Positions 8,258 through 16,432 of a DNA stretch of 27,788 nucleotides are shown in pieces. Each line of letters starts with the position of its first letter. Positions within the stretch are counted from its first letter, which is position 1. Source of the stretch: Candidatus Bathyarchaeota archaeon (lineage in GTDB: Archaea; Thermoproteota; Bathyarchaeia; TCS64); assembly GCA_030691555.1 (NCBI GenBank), contig JAUYEB010000127.1, positions 1 to 27,788 on the forward strand, in the 5' to 3' direction. A model generated the notes under the pieces. The model was not told the origin of the DNA and did not search any database. It saw only the letters and a program-made list of their open reading frames with translations. Position numbers and translations under genes: made by a program.

Positions 8258-9476
8258 GATCCGTGTTGGCTGGAAGCCCACGGCTGAAGCCGTGGGCGGA
8301 AAGCCAACCATACACAAAGCATATAATATTGGCGAATAACATCAATACCATGCTTCTGACGGTGAAGGTCAAGCTACAACCCACAGAGGAACAGAGACAG
8401 AGGCTACTCGGGACGATGGAGACCTTCAACCGAGCCTGCGACGACATATCCAGAACCGCCTACGAGTCCAAGACCTATAATAAGTACAAGCTACAACACA
8501 ACCTCTACTACCGGATCAGGGAACAGTACCTGCTACCCGCCCAACTCGCAATACGCGCCATCAGCAAGGTCGTTGAAAGCTACAAGACGGAGCGGAGCCA
8601 CCTGCACCTCTTCAAACCCCACGGCACAATCGTCTACGATCAGAGGTTACTCAGCTTCAAGGGGCTTGAGAAGGCAAGCCTCGTAACCCTTGAGGGTAGG
8701 GTCGTGGTCCCCATTCTGGTCGGTGGCTACGCCAAACTCGAACAGAGAAGAATCAGGGGGCAGGCTGACCTCCTCTACGTTAAAGATGAATTTTATCTGT
8801 GCCTCGTGGTGGAGCAGCCGGAGGAGCCGCCTCTGACACCCGAGGGCTACTTGGGCGTGGACTTTGGCATCGTCAACCTAGCGACGACAAGCGACGGCGT
8901 ATCCTACTCGGGTGAGAAGGTTGAATCCGTCAGGGCGCACTACACGGGGCTGAAGGCGGAGCTTCAACATGTGGGGACAGAGAGTGCCAAGAGGCATCTT
9001 AGGAAGCCATCAGGTAGAGAGGCGAGATTCAAGAGGCAGACAAACCATATAATCAGTAAAGAGTTAGTGGTCGTTGCTAAAGACACGATGAGGGCGTTGG
9101 CCCTAGAGGATTTGAAGGGGATGCGCTCTCAGGCTACGGTTAGGCATGGGCAACGGGGGAGACACGGCAAGTGGGCGTTCGGTCAGCTTAGAGCCTTCGT
9201 AGAATACAAGGCGAAGGTGGCGGGTGTGCCCGTATTGATGGTTGACCCGAGGGATACGAGCAGGAGGTGCTCAGCGTGTGGGTGTGCGGAGAGGCTGAAC
9301 AGGATCAGCCAATCAGAGTTCAAGTGTAGGGTCTGTGGCCATGCGGAGAACGCTGATTTTAACGCCGCGAAGAACATTCAGTGGAGGGCTTCAGTCAACC
9401 AGCCTATTGTGGTCTGCCGACCCGAGGGGTTGGAGGTTGAACTACAAGCCCACCTCTTCAGAGGTGGGTAGTTGAC
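8258..9476 (+). mobile_element. IS200/IS605 element carrying tnpB only
   Basis: TAM TCAC 8254-8257; left hairpin CCCACGGC-TGAA-GCCGTGGG 8277-8296; right hairpin CCCACCTC-TTCA-GAGGTGGG 9449-9468; end motif TGAC 9473-9476. Confidence 0.9.
8350..9471 (+). CDS. tnpB: TnpB RNA-guided nuclease, catalytic residues intact
   Basis: Likely start ATG 8350 (MLLTVKVKLQP); GVDFG, ALEDL, CSAC/CRVC, NADFNAA. Confidence 0.93.
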   Translation: MLLTVKVKLQPTEEQRQRLLGTMETFNRACDDISRTAYESKTYNKYKLQHNLYYRIREQYLLPAQLAIRAISKVVESYKTERSHLHLFKPHGTIVYDQRLLSFKGLEKASLVTLEGRVVVPILVGGYAKLEQRRIRGQADLLYVKDEFYLCLVVEQPEEPPLTPEGYLGVDFGIVNLATTSDGVSYSGEKVESVRAHYTGLKAELQHVGTESAKRHLRKPSGREARFKRQTNHIISKELVVVAKDTMRALALEDLKGMRSQATVRHGQRGRHGKWAFGQLRAFVEYKAKVAGVPVLMVDPRDTSRRCSACGCAERLNRISQSEFKCRVCGHAENADFNAAKNIQWRASVNQPIVVCRPEGLEVELQAHLFRGG

Positions 9477-9518
9477 GTGCCATTTAACTGAAAACAACTG
9501 AAATCAGCCATAGAAAAG

Positions 9519-9740
9519 TTACATATTCTCTGTTCTAGTGCCAGTCTCATCGATCTCCGGTAGAACGTATGTCACCGGCAGCAGGTTCCTGGCTCGGAGC
9601 TCGTTGACGATAATGTTCCTGATCCAATCGGAGACAGATAACCACTCCCGTGACGAGGCATTGTCAACTGCGTCCTTGATCTCCGGGGTCATCCTGACGT
9701 TCATAATGATCGTCCTCTTCTTTCTTCTTATTTTAGGCAT
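9519..9740 (-). CDS. Small ribbon-helix-helix (CopG/MetJ-like) DNA-binding protein
   Basis: Beta-strand IIMNVRM then two helices; 42/73 identical residues (manual count) to 13488-13709. Confidence 0.7.
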   Translation of the reverse strand: MPKIRRKKRTIIMNVRMTPEIKDAVDNASSREWLSVSDWIRNIIVNELRARNLLPVTYVLPEIDETGTRTENM

Positions 9741-9826
9741 AAACGAATCGTCCCAACCCTGGTATATCGAGGATCAGCTAGCAACCCTCCAGTGAAGATG
9801 TAGAAACACCGGCTAATATCATTTTG

Positions 9827-9915
9827 GTGAACTACCACCCAACAGACTGGGCGGCTTCCCGCTTCACCGAGGAGACCCACCCATCACGGCACCGGGACGC
9901 TTGAGACTCCTCATC
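9827..9915 (-). mobile_element. IS605 right-end remnant (3' part of reRNA)
   Basis: Minus strand GGGAAGCCGCCCAGTCTGTTGGGTGGTAGTTCAC, similar to the right end at 5551-5583. Confidence 0.7.
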
Positions 9916-10092
9916 TCAACCCTCAGCCTCTGCCTCGGGACGGATGCGCCTGAGCGACACGTAATCCGCACCGCGCTCCATCGCCGTCTTCACGCCCTGG
10001 GCTAACCCCGCCACCGTGACGTACTCCGAGTACTGGATCGCCTTCCTCTTGTGGATGCTGAAGGCCTCCAGCACATAGGCCTCCCGCCTCAC
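9916..10092 (-). CDS. Small hypothetical protein (58 aa)
   Basis: GTG start after a GAGGG-like RBS; MRREAYVLEAFSIHKRKAIQYSEYVTVAGLAQGVKTAMERGADYVSLRRIRPEAEAEG; below the ORF-track cutoff. Confidence 0.4.
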   Translation of the reverse strand: MRREAYVLEAFSIHKRKAIQYSEYVTVAGLAQGVKTAMERGADYVSLRRIRPEAEAEG

Positions 10093-10098
10093 CGTCCC

Positions 10099-10539
10099 TC
10101 AGCCTCCTCGAGGGCCTTCTAGGCTGCCCGTCCCCGCTCGCTCATGGTCCCTCAGCTCCTCCTCCAGCCTCTTCCTCTCCGTGATATCCCTGGTGACATG
10201 GACGACCTGTACGATGTTTCCCTCCGCGTCCCTCACCGGGTGGGCGGAGACCTCAACCCAGAAGGGGTTTCCATCCACGTCGTAGAGGGTGTGCTCCACG
10301 GTTACGCTCCTACCCCTCTCCAACATCTCCCTTTTGGGGCAGGTATGGTCGGGCGGCTCGCACGGGGAGGAGAACCTGTGCGTCACCTCGTAGCAGGGCC
10401 TCCCGACGACTTCCGCCTCCTCCATCCTCAGCTCCTCCAGGACCGCCCTGTTCGCTGTCAGGACGGTGTAGTCGTCGGGGTCGATGACGAGGATTCCATC
10501 GGAGATGCTGTCGAAAACCACGCTGGATACGTCGGACAT
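10099..10539 (-). CDS. Stand-alone PAS domain protein, possibly truncated
   Basis: VFDSISDGILVIDP...ANRA...EVVGRPCYE...EVSAHPVRD...RDITERKRLEEEL; paralogue of 15510-16031; no output domain. Confidence 0.85.
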   Translation of the reverse strand: MSDVSSVVFDSISDGILVIDPDDYTVLTANRAVLEELRMEEAEVVGRPCYEVTHRFSSPCEPPDHTCPKREMLERGRSVTVEHTLYDVDGNPFWVEVSAHPVRDAEGNIVQVVHVTRDITERKRLEEELRDHERAGTGSLEGPRGG

Positions 10540-11071
10540 AAACCTTCAGGAAGTGATTGATCCCTTCACATCCTAAACATTTCGGTGCTGACGGATGCAA
10601 GCTGCCTACCCCTCGCGCGGAGATGAGGCGGGCGTGCGCCTCCTCCCATACAAGGCGCGGCTTATCATACACTAGAATCTGGGAAGCCTCCACCGATTTG
10701 AGTGATGGTACCCCTCTACGAAGGCATCAAGAGGTGTATGAGGCAAACCTAGCCGTCTTGGAGCACAAGATAGGCGAGAGGGATCTGAGATCCGTCTACG
10801 CTGCGGTGAACAGGCTTTCTAGCGTGGAATCTACCTCCTCAAACAAAGGGAGGGGTTGGGGGATTGGTTACACCCCTAATCGAGGTGAAACCCTTTTGGT
10901 ATGTATTTAGCTCATGAAGTTGATTCTCCCATATTTGGTGCTCTTTCAGTGAAATAAGCTTGAATCTTGGAGCTTCCCCTATCCCCATTGAACATGTAAT
11001 CCGAGCTAATAAAAGCCCCTTTTCACGTTTTAAGCCTATTTCTAAGTTATTGATAAATATGAGCTAAATAC

Positions 11072-11422
11072 CAGTAGTTCCGAAAGTGCGCTAGCTCGTA
11101 ACCTAATTGACCGGTCAGATCGTTCTTCATTTTGTAGTTGTTTTCGGATGAACCACGGCCATATGTTTCGGCATGTTTCCAGCCTTAACCCTGGCTCCGC
11201 ATAGGTTGCATGTCAGCCAGACACTCCTTGAGGTTGGCGTCATGAGCTCATTTATGAGCTCGTCCACCGTTAACCCCTTAGCCTTAGCCTGTTCCCTGAC
11301 CCTCCTGGCGGTCTCCTCCCTAACCGTAAGGGAGTACCATCCTCTCTCAGGCATGAATATGCTTCTGGCAGACACCCCTTATAAATTTGACCGGTCAATT
11401 AGTTACACTTTCGGAACCACTG
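11072..11422. mobile_element. 351-bp MITE with 17-bp TIRs, 5-bp TSD and a cargo gene (ISH3-like ends)
   Basis: TIRs CAGTAGTTCCGAAAGTG (11072-11088) and CAGTGGTTCCGAAAGTG (RC of 11406-11422), 16/17 identical; direct repeat AATAC at 11067-11071 and 11423-11427; inner 15-bp inverted repeat CTAATTGACCGGTCA (11103-11117 and 11388-11402). Confidence 0.9.
11127..11354 (-). CDS. RHH-like plus C2H2 zinc-finger small protein (MITE cargo)
   Basis: MPERGWYSLTVREETARRVREQAKAKGLTVDELINELM...CNLC...HMAVVH; TATA-like TTTATAA at 11385-11379 places the transcript start at about ATG 11354 (leaderless). Confidence 0.7.
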   Translation of the reverse strand: MPERGWYSLTVREETARRVREQAKAKGLTVDELINELMTPTSRSVWLTCNLCGARVKAGNMPKHMAVVHPKTTTK

Positions 11423-11449
11423 AATACAAAATAATTTATGGGTAATGTC

Positions 11450-12103
11450 CTAATTTTCGTGACCTATCTTAAACATTAAGAACTCCTTCCACGTCCATGG
11501 ATGCTCTGTTATCCCCTCCGCCATGCACGGAGTCCTCTCTATGTTCTTAATCCCCTTGGGAGTTTCAATTGTCAGCGCTGAATGGGTTTTGATCAAATTG
11601 TTATAACATTGATAAACATTCAAATGATTATCAAGCATACTTTTGCATTTCGAGAAGCAGAGAGTTTTCCTGACAAGCCTTGAGATACCATGCCTCATGG
11701 TAAGGTTATACCGTTCTATATAAACGGTCTCGATGTCCTCATCGTACAAACTGCCAAATATAATTGTCCTTGTTTTACCAATAACTCTACCATTCTCCCG
11801 TTCCTTAACAAGCTGCCCGTAGTTGATTGTACTTTCATCAAAGTTTTCAAGTAAAGCCGTAGTATATTGGTCATTACCATCACTGATGAACGTTACCTTA
11901 GCGTCCTCAGTCGCTGTCTTGCCACAGTTCTTTATCTTCGTCATCAGTGTATTTGCAGTCTCCTGCACACGTTTACCAGTACTATGTGCTAAGTGGAGCT
12001 TTGTTTCTGATTTGATGGCAATGTATATCCAGCAGTCACCAAATTGGTCTGATCCAACATCTCTTTGTTCAACTTTCTTTTGCTTTTTTTTACGAATGAC
12101 CAC
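11450..12103 (-). CDS. insB: IS1 InsB-like DDE part of transposase, joined by -1 frameshift
   Basis: FISDGNDQY and YIERYNLTMRH motifs; A8G slippery run at 12083-12091 joins DEMWSFVKK to KQKK. Confidence 0.85.
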   Translation of the reverse strand: MVIRKKKQKKVEQRDVGSDQFGDCWIYIAIKSETKLHLAHSTGKRVQETANTLMTKIKNCGKTATEDAKVTFISDGNDQYTTALLENFDESTINYGQLVKERENGRVIGKTRTIIFGSLYDEDIETVYIERYNLTMRHGISRLVRKTLCFSKCKSMLDNHLNVYQCYNNLIKTHSALTIETPKGIKNIERTPCMAEGITEHPWTWKEFLMFKIGHEN

Positions 12104-12480
12104 ATTTCATCAATTTCTATCTGGGATAATCCTACATTGGTTATTAGAAAATCTGATACTTCTCTCGCATGTTGAGCGAGGTCTTCGATGATGCTCGAGA
12201 CGGTGTCCCTGTGAATTTCCATTATGCGTTCGATAGCTCTTATGCCATTTTTCTCGACCAGTAGTTTGCATATCAATATGATCTGTTTCTCTGTTAGATG
12301 CCTGTTGTAGAATACTGTGCCTTTGGTCTCTGGGAATCTCGTTCCACAGGTCTTACATTTGAACATCTGGTTGCCTTTAGCATTGTAACCTTTTTTGATG
12401 ATGTGACCTACGTTTCTCTTTCGATAGTTTGGACAATTCTCATTCAGACATACTTGTTTTTCTAAATCTGCTCCAGTCAT
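11989..12480 (-). CDS. insA: IS1 InsA-like N-terminal part of transposase
   Basis: CLNENC...CKTC zinc ribbon, HTH (GIRAIERIMEIHRDTV), DEMWSFV just before the slippery site. Confidence 0.85.
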   Translation of the reverse strand: MTGADLEKQVCLNENCPNYRKRNVGHIIKKGYNAKGNQMFKCKTCGTRFPETKGTVFYNRHLTEKQIILICKLLVEKNGIRAIERIMEIHRDTVSSIIEDLAQHAREVSDFLITNVGLSQIEIDEMWSFVKKSKRKLNKEMLDQTNLVTAGYTLPSNQKQSST

Positions 12481-12575
12481 GGAACAGATATTATTTTATG
12501 TAGATATAAAGGTCACGTTTTTTAGGACATTACCAATTTATGTAAAAGGGCGTCCCGTCTTAAAAGGGGAAATAT

Positions 12576-13259
12576 TTGGGGACTATTCCACGGGCTTCAA
12601 CCGGTGTTTTAGGCTTCGATGAACTCGTTGAAGGCGGTCTTCCCGTCGGCAGTGTGATGCTTCTTGCCGGACCTCCTGGGGCAGGTAAGACTACGTTTTC
12701 GGCGAAATTTTTATTCGAAGGAGCCACTATGCTCGGGGAAAAAGGCGTCTATGTCTGTTTTGCAGAAACCAAGGACTCGTTGGTTCGAAGCATGTTACGT
12801 TTTGGATGGGATTTCGACAGGTTGGATAGAGAGCAGAGATGCATTATCTTGGATCTGTCTACGGCCAAAGAGGCCGGGATCCAGAAGCATTTGGATGAGA
12901 TACTTGGGGCGATCTCCTCTTTGGGGGCGAAGAGGTTGGTTATAGATTCTTTCACCGCCTTCACGATGGCCTTGAAGGAGCCTATTAATATTCGACACCT
13001 TATTCACCTCCTCTACCGTTTCTTGAAGAATTTGGGGTGCACAACCATCATAGTCACAGATACTCCCTGGTCTTCGGAACGGATTGGCTCGGGGGTGGAG
13101 GAGTTCATAGCGGATAGCATAATACTGATGCAGAGCAGGTTCAACGAGAAGCGCCAACTTGAAAGAACCTTACGGATGTTGAAGATGAGAAGCACCGACC
13201 ATTCACAGAAGGTGCACGACTATAAAATTACAAGCAAGGGCATAGAGATCCTTCCGTGA
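12576..13259 (+). CDS. KaiC/RAD55-like ATPase, single domain, motifs intact
   Basis: STGVLGFDELVEGGLP, Walker A GPPGAGKT, Walker B LVIDS, C-terminal LKMRST. Confidence 0.92.
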   Translation: MGTIPRASTGVLGFDELVEGGLPVGSVMLLAGPPGAGKTTFSAKFLFEGATMLGEKGVYVCFAETKDSLVRSMLRFGWDFDRLDREQRCIILDLSTAKEAGIQKHLDEILGAISSLGAKRLVIDSFTAFTMALKEPINIRHLIHLLYRFLKNLGCTTIIVTDTPWSSERIGSGVEEFIADSIILMQSRFNEKRQLERTLRMLKMRSTDHSQKVHDYKITSKGIEILP

Positions 13260-13487
13260 ACTTTAATCTACAAGTAAGGTGGGTGTGTCTCGATTCATCG
13301 CAGGCAGGGATGCGTTGAAAGGGAGAACTGATATTCCTAGAGAGGCTCCGTTGAGGACGATAACGACATTAGAGCCCTCAACCAGTTAATGTGGGGGGCA
13401 TGTCAGAAAATTATATTAGTCAGTATTCGAAGTCCTCTTCGAGGGTTGATAGTCGGCTCTCCAAAGATGGATTAGGATGATTCGTTA

Positions 13488-13709
13488 TTGCCTAAAATAA
13501 AGACGAGAAGGAAGTCCGTCATCGTTACCACCAGGCTTACCCCAGAGATAAAGAACTCAATTGATCAGGCCTCGTCGCAAGAAGGCATTTCGAGTTCTGA
13601 GTGGATGAGGAACATTATCGTCAAGGAGCTCCGAACCAGGGATCTGCTGCCAGTAACGTATATTCTCCCGGAGATAGACGAGAACCCTGATCGAGTAAAA
13701 AACGTGTAG
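13488..13709 (+). CDS. Small ribbon-helix-helix DNA-binding protein, paralogue of 9519-9740
   Basis: TTG start; same length and pattern as its paralogue. Confidence 0.7.
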   Translation: MPKIKTRRKSVIVTTRLTPEIKNSIDQASSQEGISSSEWMRNIIVKELRTRDLLPVTYILPEIDENPDRVKNV

Positions 13710-14146
13710 TATGTGTTTATTTGTTATTGTAGCGTTCTGAGTTCGCTGGTTAGTAGGGCTCTCTCCCTTTCGTTGAAGGTTTTTGGGTCAGCTGGGAATA
13801 GGAGGACGACGTCGGCCTCGACGGCGTCGTAGACCTTCTCTTGGATGAAGCGGTAGGTGGAGTCGAAGCCGAAGCGGCTGGCGAGGTACTCCAAGCCGTC
13901 TACGAGTATCACTGAGTTTCTGTTCTTCTCAAGGAAGCGGCTCACTCTGTGGGAAATCTCCTGCAAGTCCTCTGCAGCCTCAAACCCAAACAAGGCTCTG
14001 CTGGACAGAAGGAGAATCTGTTCTGGCCTTAGACTATACTCTTGGATAAGCCTTTGGGGATTTCCTCTCAAAAAGCAAAGCCCTGGCACACCATGGATTG
14101 TTAAGGCAGCGTAGATGTGAAAGGCGTTTTCGCTGGACTCTACTAT

Positions 14147-15509
14147 GTGAACTACCCACCTCTGAAGAGGTGGGCTTCCTGACTCACCGAGGCAACTTGC
14201 CCAACCTCGCTGGGCTGAGTAGCGGTCACCTCTCCTACAGGCGTATATTCGGCTCGTTCCAAGCCTATCTCAAGCCCCCGCTTGAGGACGTTGAGCGCCG
14301 CGTTCACGTCCCTGTCAATGGTTAAGCCACACCAGGGGCATCTATGCACCCTCACAGACAGGTCCTTCTCAACGTAGGCTCCACACCCCGAGCAGGTTTG
14401 GCTGGTTCCACGGGGGTTGACGAACGCCGTCACTCCCTCTGACCGTTCAGCCATGTAGGTCAAAGCGTTCCTCAGCATCCCCCAACCAGCGTCACCCAAG
14501 CTCTTCGACAGCCTACGGTTCCCCATCATGCCCTGGACATTCAAATCCTCGACGTAGACCCTCTCATACCTGTTCACTATCATTCGGGCGGTCTTATACG
14601 CGAAGTCTCGCCTCCGGTTAGCGACTCGTTCACACGCGGATGCGACCCGGCGCCTCGCCTTCTCCCTGTTCCTCGACCCCCGCGTCTTCCTGGACAGGCA
14701 TCGCTGAGCCCTCCCCAGCCTCTCCTCGGCCCCGCGGTAGCTCCGTGGGGCTTCAATCAACGTGCCGTCGCTGAGGGCGACGAGGCTGTTCAACCCCAGG
14801 TCAACCCCCACGGCTGGGAGCCTGTTCTGAATAGGCTTAACCTCAACCTCGCAGGAGAACACGGCGTACCACTTCCCTGCTCTGCTCCGCGTCACCGTCA
14901 AGGTTTTAACTTGACCTTCGACGGGCCGGTGTTGGACGATCCGCATGTCACCGATCTTGGAGAGACAGAGCACGCCGTCTTTGAGCCGGAACCCGAGCTG
15001 GGGGTACGTCAGGCTATCGTACCTGTCCTCCCCCCGGAACCGGGGAAGGTGCGCCTTCAGCCCCGCCCTCTTCCGCGCCCAGTAGCTCTCGAAGCCGCTT
15101 CGGACCCGCTTGGCGACGTTCTGAAGTACCTGACTGAACACATTGTTCAGCTCGGGTTTCATAGCCTTCATCTCGGGGAGAAGGTACGTCAACGCATTAT
15201 GGGTCGGAGTCCCGCGCCCCGCCCTGCGCTCGCTGAAGCTGTGTTCGAGAAGGGCGTTATATGCCCATCGGCAGAGACGTAGCTGCTTCTCAAGCGCCGC
15301 TACCTGTTCGGTTGATGGTTTGAGGCGGTACTTATAGGAGAGTCTGATCATGTCTCTGGATTGGAATCAGTTTGATGTGCATGATTTAACTGAATCTCAT
15401 ATATCGGTGGGGGAGTGGGGTGAAAGTGGACCCGCCTGTCGGGGAACGGATTCTTTGTGGGTTCGATTCATCCCATGACTAAAGTCATGGGCTTTCTTGA
15501 ACACGCATC
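14147..15509 (-). mobile_element. IS200/IS605 (IS1341-type) element carrying tnpB only
   Basis: TAM TTAC (plus GTAA 15510-15513), left hairpin 15472-15491, right hairpin and TCAC at 14147-14150; boundaries confirmed by in-frame restoration of the host gene. Confidence 0.95.
14152..15351 (-). CDS. tnpB: TnpB RNA-guided nuclease, catalytic residues intact
   Basis: N-terminal YKYRLKP HTH, GVDLG, YVEDL, CSGC/CPWC, IDRDVNAA. Confidence 0.95.
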   Translation of the reverse strand: MIRLSYKYRLKPSTEQVAALEKQLRLCRWAYNALLEHSFSERRAGRGTPTHNALTYLLPEMKAMKPELNNVFSQVLQNVAKRVRSGFESYWARKRAGLKAHLPRFRGEDRYDSLTYPQLGFRLKDGVLCLSKIGDMRIVQHRPVEGQVKTLTVTRSRAGKWYAVFSCEVEVKPIQNRLPAVGVDLGLNSLVALSDGTLIEAPRSYRGAEERLGRAQRCLSRKTRGSRNREKARRRVASACERVANRRRDFAYKTARMIVNRYERVYVEDLNVQGMMGNRRLSKSLGDAGWGMLRNALTYMAERSEGVTAFVNPRGTSQTCSGCGAYVEKDLSVRVHRCPWCGLTIDRDVNAALNVLKRGLEIGLERAEYTPVGEVTATQPSEVGQVASVSQEAHLFRGG

Positions 15510-16432
15510 GTAACTTTCGCCCGGAACAACCTTGTTCTCCCTAAAGGTAAACTCTCTAATATCCCTAGTTCTCTCCTCAACAAGTTCCTCCAGATGTTTA
15601 GTGTATTTCCTAATCTCCTCCTCCATTCGCTTCCGCTCAGTGATGTCTCGGGCTATGTGTATGGTCTGAACTATTTGTCCCATATCGTTTTTCACAGGGC
15701 TAGCAGAGACTTCCACGTAGAATGGGCTTCCTTCCTTATCGAAGTGGGTGTGCTCAACCACATTTGGCTCTCCTGTCATCAGCATCTCTCGAATGGGACA
15801 AACATCGTGCGGGGGAGAACACGGCGTAGACCTATGGTGAGTGACTTCGTAACACGTCTTTCCCACCACCTCTTCCTTCTTCAGCTTTAACTATTTCAGA
15901 GCCACCACATTTGCATCGCTGATGGTGAAATCGTCGGGATTAATGAGAAGGATGGAGTCTGGGGCGCTGTCGAACAAGGCTCTGTAGCGGCTCTCCGACT
16001 CCCTAAGATTCTCCTCAACCAGATCAGGCATGAATATTCAACTCTTATCCTAGGGTATATAGCAATCTAATAATATAATCATAGCAAACGTTGAATTTAG
16101 GATTATGGTCTTGATGGCAAAGGAGTCTCACAAGTTCAGATGCATCCATAGCTCAGAGCTTACACATGAAGACATAAAAGCGGGTTCGGGCATAATTCTA
16201 AAATTGTGTATGTATTTAGCTTCTGTGAAACGAGAACCGAGAAATAGGCTTTAAATGTTAAGACTAATTTTGGCTTTAACGGGATTTATGAGAGGCGAGG
16301 AAGAACGCCAAAATCTGAACTTATCTCGATGAAATAGATGCAGATATTCGAGATCAACGTTCATGAGCTAAATACATACAAAAACGCAAAACTTCAGTTA
16401 TTAGATGAAAACCTGTTTAGGCTCCTTAATGC

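Larger units (their letters stand above)
11441..12534 (-). mobile_element. IS1-family insertion sequence
   Basis: TIRs GGTAATGTCCTAA-N5-GTGACCT at both ends; 8-bp TSD AATTTATG (11433-11440 and 12535-12542); two overlapping ORFs. Confidence 0.95.
13724..16031 (-). pseudogene. PAS + DUF835-like gene interrupted by an IS605 element and an in-frame TAG
   Basis: ATG 16031 MPDLVEENLRESESRYRALFDSAPD...; TAG at 15893-15891; removing 14147-15509 rejoins ...PGESY|IVESSENAF...VPGLCFLRGNP... in frame (314 aa total). The C-terminal SVILVDGLEYL...FDSTYRF pattern is DUF835-like. Confidence 0.85.

Noticed and set aside
8263-9471. Calling this protein Cas12f/Cas14
   Set aside because: No CRISPR array or cas genes in the window, and it is bounded by IS605 end hairpins.
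9482-9492. Predicted guide of the 8258-9476 element shares ATTTAACTGAA with 15384-15394 upstream of the other tnpB
   Set aside because: Only 11 AT-rich nt, not anchored at the guide start, and no TCAC TAM adjacent; chance is plausible given the number of comparisons.
10557-10910. ORF and GGGAAGCCTCCACC segment resembling a decayed tnpB 3' end
   Set aside because: No terminal hairpin or TCAC/TGAC motif and no recognisable protein motifs; cannot be supported as a gene or IS remnant.
12509-12518. AAGGTCACGT shared by the IS1 subterminal repeat and the IS110 end (1126-1135)
   Set aside because: Short match between unrelated families; the IS1 copy is explained by its own TIR.
15891-15893. In-frame TAG as a pyrrolysine codon
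   Set aside because: No pyl genes are visible, the position is a non-catalytic PAS helix, and the gene is already IS-disrupted.
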